In this document: piece by piece, positions 22,615 to 33,417 of the stretch | How positions within the stretch are numbered: the first letter of the stretch is position 1 | How the letters are laid out: every line of letters begins with the position of its first letter | Notes under the pieces: model-generated | Database searches by the model: none | What the model saw: the letters and a program-made list of their open reading frames with translations, nothing else | Told to the model about the DNA's origin: nothing | Origin: Bigelowiella natans CCMP2755 | Taxonomy: Eukaryota > Protista > Cercozoa | Assembly: GCA_000320545.1 (NCBI GenBank) | Contig: ADNK01002562.1 | Location: 1-34,041, forward strand | DNA: 34,041 nucleotides | Direction of reading: 5' to 3' | Translations under genes and position numbers: made by a program

Positions 22615-23062
22615 TCGCTTTCGAGCGGCGGCGCAAACTATAAGCTATGCGCGCGCAGATAATGAGCATCCCCTGCATAATCAGCCTCTTTTTTTGGGGG
22701 GGGGGGGGGGAATCGTCAACGTTGTTTTCAGTATGTCATTGCAGCAGATGTAAAACAAAGAAAGAGAATTCTGTTGCGAAGGAAACAAAAAATATACTTA
22801 TCGTAGCGTCCGTGCATTATCTAGATTATGCGTCATACCGGGCACTCTAGACTTGTCTAGATATGCGTGGTTGAGATAGTGCGAATTCAGCAATGCATTC
22901 TATGTGCATTAATTAAGTGCTAGAAAGAAACACGCAAGATGCACGAAAGATGGCCTATATCTAGACATGCGTACCAGAGCAACATCTCACGGTATGTACG
23001 CGTGTGCGCATGTGGCTGCATGTGTGCACGTAGCTTGTACTTGCATCGCTGCGTAGACCTAG

Positions 23063-23486
23063 CACAGCTCCGTCAAACCTGTAACGAATAATCGCCAGAA
23101 CATGCATTTGGAAGCTTTTGCGCGCGACCAGGCGCGTCATGTGATGCAATGGACATTGGATTTGCTCGCATTTCTTTGAAAATTTTCGTGCACATCACAT
23201 TTGGTCAAACACTACACGCGCAACAGCATTCAAAATGTGGCAGAGAACAAACGCGCAGCGTGCATCCTCTGCACAACGGGTGTGAATTTTCACACTTTGC
23301 GCGCTCACCGAGGCCTTGAGAAAATGGACATTTGGGTCAATGTTTCGGTCATTTTTTGAGGTTTGGCCATCGGACAAGTTCTGATGACTTTTCTTTGACC
23401 AACTGCAACTGCCTGCTGCTTCAAAGCGCGTCGCAAAGCGCTGCACTGTTCACAACCCCGTCGTTACCGGGTTTGACGGAGCTGTG
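23063..23486. mobile_element. Non-autonomous DNA transposon (MITE), CMC/CACTA-like termini
   Basis: Left end CACAGCTCCGTCAAACCTGTAACGA (23063-23087). The right end 23461-23486 reverse-complements to CACAGCTCCGTCAAACCCGGTAACGA: 17 bp perfect, ~25 bp imperfect. AG flanks both sides (possible 2-bp TSD). No transposase ORF inside. Confidence 0.85.
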
Positions 23487-23787
23487 AGAAATGCTGCGCA
23501 TGTGTCTCACACCACCCGGCAACACAGTAACATTGAGCTTGAGTCCATCATCTTACATGGTATACTTACAATACAGTGATGTTGCTTGGTGCGCACATGA
23601 TGACCGAGCGTAATTACATGCGAGCGCTGCTGCCGGATTGCGCAGGCTATAGGCTCTGTGAAAATCAGGCATACACACGCTTACATACATGTGTTGCGTA
23701 CGCAGATATACGACAGTGTGCTTGTATTATTTTTTCTCATTCATCTGGTATGGCGGAGGAATAAGCTCGAGGTCGGACTAAGAGCAA

Positions 23788-23972
23788 CTAATAGTACCGC
23801 CGATACTCATCTCCACAGTCCCCTTTCAGCATCTTCCCCTGCAGCAGCGTACGTAGTGGGAAAAACACATAGGGCAAGGCAAGCACCATCTCAGAAATAC
23901 CAACATCACATTACTTTTGCAGATTATGTATAAGTATAATCGAATGAGCAAGAACAACGTCATTAGTCATGT

Positions 23973-24018
<46 letters not shown>

Positions 24019-27000
24019 CGGAAGCTGAGAAGGAACCTCGCCATTATCATTTACTTGTGCTATTTTTTCTCACCACACTTAGATTGCAGCAGCAACAACG
24101 CAGTAATACCTGCTCGAGGACGCCGTTGATGGCCCGGTAGTCGTCCTCCGTCAGTTTCTACATTATCATCACATTGCTATTACTATCGTCATTACTACTA
24201 GTGTATTGATGTGAGTAGTGGTGGTGAGGGTAGTGCTTCCGTTAAGATCGCATTCTTCATCACAAATAATCCAAAGGAGTTCATTAATGCTGTTTTCTGT
24301 GTATGGCCAACAACGAGTGCTTGCGACTCAACGCAGCAACGGTGCTCCTACTACCAGGTTGTATACTCTCAGATTCTCGTCGATATGCTCGCCACGCGAG
24401 AGACGCGCTCCTATGATTATCCCTGCCACCTAATGGTGCGTGATGGTGGTGGAGACGATGGTGACGATGGTGACGATGATAATGATGGGTTCTGCCATGC
24501 ACACCTGCGGCTGATCTAGCACATATCGTTCCGCAACGTTAGCAATGGAGACGTTATGTCTATCCGCGACATCCTATTGACATGGAATATAATAGCATCG
24601 TCAGGGAAGCAAATGCGCGCATTCTGCCCTAGGAGGATGAGGGCAGCTCTGCGACGTGTATTGATAGATGTACTTTGCGCCTTCAAATGACGACGCACGC
24701 ACTTCATCACACCACACCGCACCGTCCAAAACAAGGAAAGCTACTACAAGGCCACTGCATACCCTGAGAGTCCTCAGGAGTCTCTGGAACAACGCCCAAT
24801 CGCCCCACTCGTTGATAGTGCCGTACCAGTACCTAGAAGAGACCAGCATGAGTCATACAAAAGCACGCATATCGAGCAGACAGGAAAGCAAGAGGCAGAT
24901 ATGCGCAGAGCACAGACATATCAGCAGCACACACTAAAATGTACTTCTGCTTGGAAGCGGTATCCAGGGTTTCCGTGGGATCGCCCATTCCTTCGGAACA
25001 ACAACAACAACAACAACACAAGAGCACATCAGCAACAGCAGCGGCGACAATAACGGCAATTCGCGGACGATCGACGCGCATAGTAACACCGTGGCGACTT
25101 ATGTGCATATGTTATGGACTGAGAAGACGCAATCTAAGGAAGTGTCGCTCTGCCCCCCCCCCCTCCTCCTCCTATGCTGCCAGCTTTATATCTCTGCCCT
25201 AAGAGGTAGTATTTACCTAGATATTTGTCCGTCAAAAGTCCGCCGCACAGCACGCCATACGCGAGCAACTGAATGTCGTGCTTTTCGCGTGTAGAAAGGA
25301 ACCAACATCCACCAAATCAATCGCACACATTTTCATCATCCATGAGCTAAGTAAAGCTGCCCCCCCCCCCCCCCTCCCCTTTCCTCTCATACTCAACGAG
25401 AAACACCATGTCTTATAATGAGCCGAGCTATAACTACCTTCTGGGCAAAAGTGGTCATTTTGTTAAGCGGCCTTCTATCCAGCATTGAGAACTGCACCTT
25501 GAAGATTTGGTCCGCCACCACCACCATCATCATCATCGTCGCCGAGGGTTAGACCCCGAAGATTAGGAGGGGGGAACAAAGCAATAATAGCACCATAACC
25601 GCATCCTAGCCCTTCTTGTGTGCTTGACGCTTTACTACCTGGTTGGAGACGATGGGTATGTTGTGTTCTTCCACCAGCTCTCTAATAATCACGTGATACG
25701 GAAAGCAGCAGCTACTCATTTGCTGATGATTTATTGATGCAACGAGAGTGATTCGACGAGGGGAAGAGGGAGGAGGAGAAGGAGGAGAAATTTCAAGCTA
25801 AATTACGACGGCTTCTGCATGTGTGCAGCGGCAAGCTCTTCCATCGGCATCATCATCATCACGACCACCATTACCTCATGTGCTCGGTATCGAAATTTGT
25901 CAGGGCGAGGTTTCTGATCTTCCCCTGAGGCGCAACGTGAGTACCATCCAACAAAATGAGATTTTTTGGAACTTCATACAAAAATATATAGTTATATATT
26001 ATATATATATATATATATTAAATAGGCAGTCTAACCGATGAAAGAATGGAAGCAAAACGGCATTTCATGTAGCCGTTGAGCTTCCAATCCTTACTTCTTT
26101 GAGTCGGCCGCAATATCATTCATATGGTTTTTACTGCAAACTGACGGATGCGAGGATAGGAGGTGGCAGCAAACGTGTAAAAGACTAAAGTCACAGTGTG
26201 TGCTGCACCCGTCAGATTACGTTCATTTGATATTTTATTCGTATACTATCTAGTACCTGCTCTTTGAGTGTCTTCATGTGTGTCATCGCCTCGATGTATT
26301 GCTTGTTGCTGTAGTCCCACCTACCAACATCATAAGAAAGGGGGAGGAGTGAATACCAGCAGCTCTCATTTTGTCCATGTCCAACTGCAGCATCATCCGA
26401 TTGCTCGCTACTGAGACCTACCAGTGAAATTGGAGAAGATCGATTCTATCTACCCCGAGCCTCTCAATACGTTTGTCTACGGCAGCCTGGATGAGCTCGA
26501 AGGGCATATCCCCCGGGCGCGGCACGTACTTGGTGAATACCTATGACAGACAATGATGGGCATTAGGATCATTGGCGGTGATGACGTCGTCATTCAGCTA
26601 GAACCGCGGGGTTTATTGCGAAGAAAGGATGAACATTCCCCTCGTACTCGACGAAGCAATGATCACAATTTTGATGATGTTGATTTAAAAAAAAAAAATA
26701 CCTGCATTTCGGGGTCTTTGCCGTATTTCGCACGGTATTGCTTCCTGAACTCGCGGGTGACGAGCTCAGCAGGTCCATAGATGTCAGCAGCGTCCCATGT
26801 TGTCAAGCCAGAGTCGATGTACTAATCGCGTGATGTATCATCGTGATCCAACGATTAGAAGCGCACACCATCAAACTTTGTTAGTGCAAACATGATCACC
26901 TTGAACATTTCCTGGACAGCCTGAGCCCCGTCTATTCGCCCATGCGCGCCAGATACCTAAATGGGAGAAGGGGGGGGGGCGAACATTGAGATCTTCCTCA

Positions 27001-27518
27001 TTGAGATAGATTATCGTTATCAGGGTTAGGTAGCATGCCTGCCACAGGCCGTTGACAATGCTCTTAATCTTGAGAGCGTCTTTTCCGCTCCCTATCGTTC
27101 TTGTTTCCACAGCCACGCTGGAGGGGGAGAGGGCAGCAGGTAATGCAGCAGCTGCTGCAGACGGCGAGAGGGCTCCGGACGAGGATGTGGACAAAGTGAA
27201 GGAGGCGGCGGCGGCAGCAGCAGCAGCACCTCCTGTTGTCCCTTGAATTATCTTTCGTCTCCTAGTAGCTGGGATCCCTTCTTCTCCCGACAGTGGCGAC
27301 GGCATCGAATGGGGGACGGCTCTATTTTGACAGGTATTCTCAGGATGGACCGCCGGCTGCCTGCCGCGGGCTTGACCCACACCATTCGCAAGGATCCGCA
27401 TCGGAGCAATCGAAAGAGTTGCCATGACGAGGAAGGTGGACGCCGCACAAGCGGAGAAGAGAAGATCACAGCGCTGCCTGCGCCGGATCAACATCGGTGT
27501 CGGATAGGGGCCATCCAT
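23788..27518 (-). CDS. Aldo/keto reductase family oxidoreductase, plastid-targeted (plant/cyanobacterial NGMWQ...GDCGDEYR subfamily)
   Basis: Spliced: IKSIVNGLWQ|VSGAHGRID...|YIDSGLTTWDAADIYGPAE...|VFTKYVPRPG...LGVDRIDLLQFHW|WDY...|GKIRNLALTNFDTEHMR|..IPIVSNQ|VQFSMLDRRP...|LLAYGVLCGGLLTDKYLG...|VAGIIIGARL...|GKMLKGDCGDEYRRYY*. The AKR catalytic D/Y/K/H positions are present. A long N-terminal presequence has a hydrophobic signal segment. Start is 27518 or 27494. Confidence 0.93.
23970..24017. repeat. (TG)n microsatellite in the last AKR intron
   Basis: Directly visible. Confidence 0.9.
26030..26215 (-). ncRNA. Candidate intronic double-hairpin RNA (H/ACA-like layout) in an AKR intron
   Basis: Two long bulged hairpins (26035-26107 and 26141-26215), ANANNA matches in the hinge, and AGA 14 nt after the upper stem of the 3' hairpin on the host-gene strand. 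No target identified. Confidence 0.3.
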
Positions 27519-27831
27519 TTCTTGAGGAATATGGAAGGGGAAATCCATCAATTTCCCGATATTTTCTCTATGTCGCAGGATGGAAATCCCATCCAATTTC
27601 CCACTTTGCGACCGCCATTCGCCAGGCGCGTTTCATGCCTCAAAACCGAGCTTGGATTCCTCGCGTTGTCGCGTTGTGCAAATCGCATTAAAATAGAGGG
27701 TGCGACATCGATACGGAACATATCCTAGCATTTTGGGCTTGGTCCGCTCTTCTCTTCGTGATCTGACGTTCCGCAGAGAAGTGGCTCTGATCGAATCCTT
27801 GGGAGATTCTCATCGTTTTGACCTCCTTCGC
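27519..27831. promoter_or_regulatory. Putative bidirectional promoter between the AKR and PreP genes
   Basis: About 310 bp separate the divergent ATGs. GGAAATCC(C)ATC(C)AATTTCCC is duplicated at 27539-27557 and 27582-27602, and GGAGATTC occurs at 27802. Confidence 0.5.
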
Positions 27832-28749
27832 ATGTACTTTCCCTTGCTCAACTCGCCGATTCTTCCGCCCCGCTCGCCTCCTCCGTCGTCGTCTTCCCTG
27901 GTGTGTTGTAGAAAGAGTAGCAGCTGCAGCAACGTTCGTCGAGCCCTTCTGGGTTACTCGTTGCTTCTCTTCGTTGCCAGCTTGCTGGTACTGGTTATCT
28001 CCTCGCAGCACGCTAACTTCCTTTTTGGAGCACCCTCTTCGCTTTCTCCCTCGCACGGCGGCGCTAGCAGGATGCTTGCGTATACTCGACGCTTTCGTCA
28101 TTCACGAAATGGTTTGAGGCCAGCTGCAGCAGTACCAAGACGGCACGGAGTTTGGTCACGGCAGAGCCCTCGAAGCTACGGTGGCGGTGCGCCTTCTTAT
28201 TCTCCGTTTTCCTCTTTCTTTCCCTCGTTCTTCGCTTCAGCGTCGACCCTAGGGATGCCCCCCCATGAAGGCACCTCTTCCCGGTCGTTCTGCCAGGTTG
28301 CGAAAGTTCCTGCAGGGTAAACTAGATTAGCTGATACAAATCACAGTATTCGACAAGAACAACATCATTATCTTCATCATCATTATCATCATCAGCAGCC
28401 GCAGCAGCAGCAGCAGCATCACACACATCACAATGTAGGTATGAGGTTCTAAAGACCGAGGAGATTGAGGAGTAAGTGTGCTCATAGCTGTAGCCTGAAA
28501 GTGGTGAAGAACAGCGGAGCATGCATTAGAGCGATCCTATGCATTTCAAGCTAGAGACTGCAGATGGATCATTAGCATTTGCATAACTAACAGCAAGCGC
28601 AGCACGCGCTGTCGTGCTATGGTTGGGAGTCACATGACGCTCGACTTCTTCACATTCAGATACGCTGCGAAGGCCACGTTGCTCAAGCACCAGAAAACGG
28701 TACAGTATCCCCATACGCAAGTGACTTTTGACAGGAAGATGAGCTGGCT

Positions 28750-28828
<79 letters not shown>

Positions 28829-29278
28829 CACACCACATCGCAGCTGACAGCTCATCTGAAACAAAAACAAACTCGGGTGAGAAGATGGGGGGGGGGGAGG
28901 GGAGGTAGGGGGTTGAGAAAGCGAAGTACGCTGAATTCCAATTTTGAACCTCACCAGGGCGCAGAAATCTTGTCGATGGAGAAAGACGACGACAACAAGG
29001 TGTGCCGGCTGTCCTTCCAAACGACTTATTTGTCTTTTTGAGAGACGAGAAGAAGGGAGATCCATAGCACGAAGACGGCTATGGCGATTTGATTGCCGGG
29101 CAAACCAAATCGAAACTTAGCCACGCTACTCGCAAAATAGTATATCGTTGTTTTGCAGAGGTAATCCGCTGCCGCTTCTTCCAGGTGTTCAGCATCGCCT
29201 TCCGCACTCCGGTGGAAGACTCCAAAGGTAAAGGAGAGCCTTCCGAAGAACACAAAACACAATCTATTGGCCGTTTGC

Positions 29279-29318
<40 letters not shown>

Positions 29319-29862
29319 CGAGCATTGACTGGACGCCGAGGAGTAAATTGCATGTTGTCGTAGTTATACCCATCCGTCGCTTGTGTTGTGATTGATGACA
29401 AAGCGAGTCTTCTCTGATGGTAATGTAGGAATCCCCCACATCCTCGAGCACTCGGTGTTGTGCGGCTCTAGAAGGTAACAGCGCAGCGCTGCTGTCTGTA
29501 CCATGCGTCATTGGGTTGAGTCGTCGTTATGCAGATAGAAGAAGAAGATCTCGAGCCCCCCCCCAATCATCGTCATTATTCTCATTGCATTCACCCTTCC
29601 TCTGCTTCGTCTGCCCCATCTTCCAAATCACCACACAGCTACCCAACCAAGTCTCCATTTATTGAGCTCAGAAAGGTGAAATACGACATGCGGTCGTCGT
29701 TGTCCCGGAAGCGACCTCACCCGTAGCAAAAAGGAGGGCGCTTTGCACCACGCACACAAGCACACAAGCACACAAGCACACAAGCACACACACACACACA
29801 CACAAACACAAACACGCACATACTGACGAAGCCAATGCATAATCCCAATCCCGTTTTGTTGC

Positions 29863-29898
<36 letters not shown>

Positions 29899-30243
29899 GC
29901 ATAATATAATATAATATAAACCATCACTGGTGCTGCCACTGACGCTGTGGTGATGGTGGACTCTCCGTACATCTGCAGAGCTCCTTGCACACGTTTCTGA
30001 ACGCCATGACCTTCGCCGACAGTAAGTAACATCTCACCCGCTCCTTGTTGATTTGTTTAACTTCCGGCATGCCATGAATCATATGTGTCGGTCTTCTCCC
30101 ACGCGTGTGTCGTTTCTTCCGACTGCTTTGTGCATTTGCTTCGCTGCATACGCAACGCCAGGGACCGTGTACCCTGTAGCCTCGCAAAACAATCAGGTAG
30201 TAGCTTTTCGCGGTTGCATAGCGTTAGATTCATATGATGTATG

Positions 30244-30280
<37 letters not shown>

Positions 30281-30991
30281 ACATACACACATACACACAT
30301 ACACACATATCGTTTTTTTAAATTCATCATCACCGCCATCGTCGTCGCTCCCGCTATCGACGCTCGTTTCAGTATATATCGAGGGGGCGGGGGGGGGGGG
30401 GTGGAGCGCGGTTGGCACAAATGAAAACTTGGCCTTGTCTTTGCAGGACTTCTACAATCTCGCTGATGTGTACCTCGATTCAGTGCTGCATCCGAGGTAG
30501 ATGTGCGTGGTGCTAACATGTGATCGTTGGCCATATGCTCAAGCAGCGCCAAGATCTTGTCAACAACAATATAGCTTCGATGACTACCCGTAAACATCGA
30601 AGAATTTTGTCCCGAGGCTGGAGCTAGGGAGTCCTCGTCGGAGGACAGAATTCGCTATCTTTCGAATTCCTTTCCCTTTTTATAAAGCGAGGGTTGTTTC
30701 TTCTCGTGTAGGCGTGGTGCTATCATCATCATATCATCATCATCATCATCATCACCCCCACCACCACCACCATTCTTCTCACCATCATCATCATCATCAT
30801 CATCTTCTTCTTCACGTTCCCTCCCATAGAGCGAAGGACGACCCACTAGTCCTGGCGCAGGAAGGCTGGCACTACGAGCTCAAAGACGTCAAGGATCCGC
30901 TCACGATAAAAGGGGTGAGGGAAATACGACGACGCATACACATGCATGCCAAGTCTACGTGATGTGTATATCGTATGCTGCGGATTGCATT

Positions 30992-31027
<36 letters not shown>

Positions 31028-31223
31028 CCTCGCTGTCCTCATGCTGTTTGTCATTGCTGCTTGTGTGTAGGTCGTCTATAATGAGATGAAAGGCGTGTAC
31101 TCGTCCCCAGATTCGCTACATGGTCAGTGGACGCGGGGGTGGGGGGGGGGATGGGGGGCAATGATTCCTGTGCGAATATACATCGCACACACATACACAC
31201 ACACACATATACATATACATAGA

Positions 31224-31266
<43 letters not shown>

Positions 31267-31406
31267 GCAAACTACCAGGACGGCTGACGGTGCGCGCGCT
31301 CTTTCCAGACGTGCCGTACGCGGTATGTTATGCATGATACAGTCAACTACAACACTATCATCGGCGACTACGGCGACTACGGCGACTACTACGACAGAAG
31401 AATAGG

Positions 31407-31448
<42 letters not shown>

Positions 31449-31499
31449 TACACACACATGCCAAATCTCCTTCATCGTCGCCCTAGCAACCCCATTAAC

Positions 31500-31535
<36 letters not shown>

Positions 31536-31631
31536 TCACGAAGATAGTGGTGGAGATCCAGAGGCAATTCCGACGTTGGACTACAAGCAGGTTGAGCTCG
31601 ATCGATGAGGGATGATGAGGAGCAATAATGA

Positions 31632-31664
<33 letters not shown>

Positions 31665-32362
31665 CTTTTGTCATCCTGAGTCAACGACGATAACGATGAT
31701 TAAAACAACAATCACCAACATTTCGAGGCACCATCTCCTCTCTGCAAGAGCTTGATTCGTCCCCCCCCCTCCCCTATCTAATCGCTTGCAGTTTCGCTCC
31801 TTCCACGATCGCTACTACCACCCATCCAACGCCCGCGTCTTCTTCTACGGTGATTCATCATCATCATCATCATCATTATCATCATCATTATCATCATCAT
31901 TATCATCATCATCATCATCATCATTCTGCCATTTTTCATCGTCTATTCGTTGCTTGATGATGATGATGATGATGTTGTTGTTGTGGTCGTAGGCAACGAT
32001 CCCGTGGAGAAGAGATTTGCCCTGCTTGATAAGTACCTGAACGAATTCGAGCCGCTGGCAGAGGGCAGCTCTCACAGTGCGGTGGGAACCCAGCCGTTGA
32101 AGAAAGAGCCTTATCGGCTGCATCAGTCCGTCCCCGTCGCTAAAGGGTCAGTAGCAGATCTCCATCTCACAAACGTTTTTTGACTTGAAAAAAAGATAAA
32201 CAAATAAATATTAAAGAAAAGTAAAAAAAAAAAAAAAAAAAGAACAGAAAAACAGAAGAAGAGGAAACGACAGGCGCCCTGACCTGACATAAGCCCCAGC
32301 GGATGCATTTCTCTCTCCGCATGCCGCGCCTTCCACACCGCCCCGCTTACACACACTAAGAA

Positions 32363-32403
<41 letters not shown>

Positions 32404-32795
32404 TACGACGAGACAGCAGAGATCGGCTTGAAACACGATTTGATTCTGATGCTACTGCTACTTTTATTACTACTACTAATACTAATACTACTTACTACTA
32501 CCACTTCACATGATCAGGCAAGAGGAGAAGAAGCACATGGCTACTCTTGGATGGGTTGTATCAGAGGTGAAGAACAGCAACAACAACAACAAGAAGAAGA
32601 GGAAGAGGAAGAAGAAGAAGAAGAAGAAGAAGAAGTGCATGAGAGAGAGAACAGCCTCAGAAGTGTTTCCTCCTGCGATATAGATCATCGTGAATAACAA
32701 TGTAGATAGCAAGAAACTAGGGCGAATGGCTGCCATCATCAATCGTCATCATTCTCATCATCAATTTTCAGCATCAGCATCAATCATCAATCGTC

Positions 32796-32835
<40 letters not shown>

Positions 32836-33382
32836 GGCAGCAGGATCATGCTTCTTTATCATCTTCGTCATGTCTGCTCTGTTTAGTTCCCCCCCATCCC
32901 CTCCTCCGCGCCTTAATCCTCCTCTACCCCCCCCCCACCTCGCCCCCCCCCCCCCTTCGACGTACGCTGTTGCATCATCCGAAAGGAGCCATTAAGCGAG
33001 GAGGAAGACCTGGCGTGGAGCTTGATCGATCAACTCTTAACCGGCAATACGGCTGCAAGGCTACGCAAGGTTGGCTCCTACTTCTACTAATCACCAAGAG
33101 AGTTTACAAATAAGTCGGTGGTCGGAATTTGGTGGAAGTATTTGGCTGTTGTACATTCGGCGTGTGCCTACCGCACACCATCGTTATCCTTCGCTAATCA
33201 CGGGCTGCGCCTCAGCGATGCATGAAGTCCGCCTCCCCACCCCCTCCCCTCCCCCCTCTACTGCTACTTTCTTTCATTATGCTGATGCGGGTGGTGAATG
33301 CTGCGCACAGACGCTGACGGACTCGGGACTGGGGTCTTCGGTTATCGGCGGGGGTATTATGTGTTAAAATGATGATAAAGGC

Positions 33383-33417
<35 letters not shown>

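Noticed and set aside
26085-26096. ATCCTTAC resembling a U12-type splice/branch signal (or U12 snRNA GUAAGGA on the other strand)
   Set aside because: It is antisense to the host intron, and the surrounding sequence does not match U12 snRNA.
30580-30632. TPP-riboswitch-like fragments (TACCCGT...AGGGA)
   Set aside because: Lacks the CUGAGA and CCUGAU core motifs, and the host gene is unrelated to thiamine.
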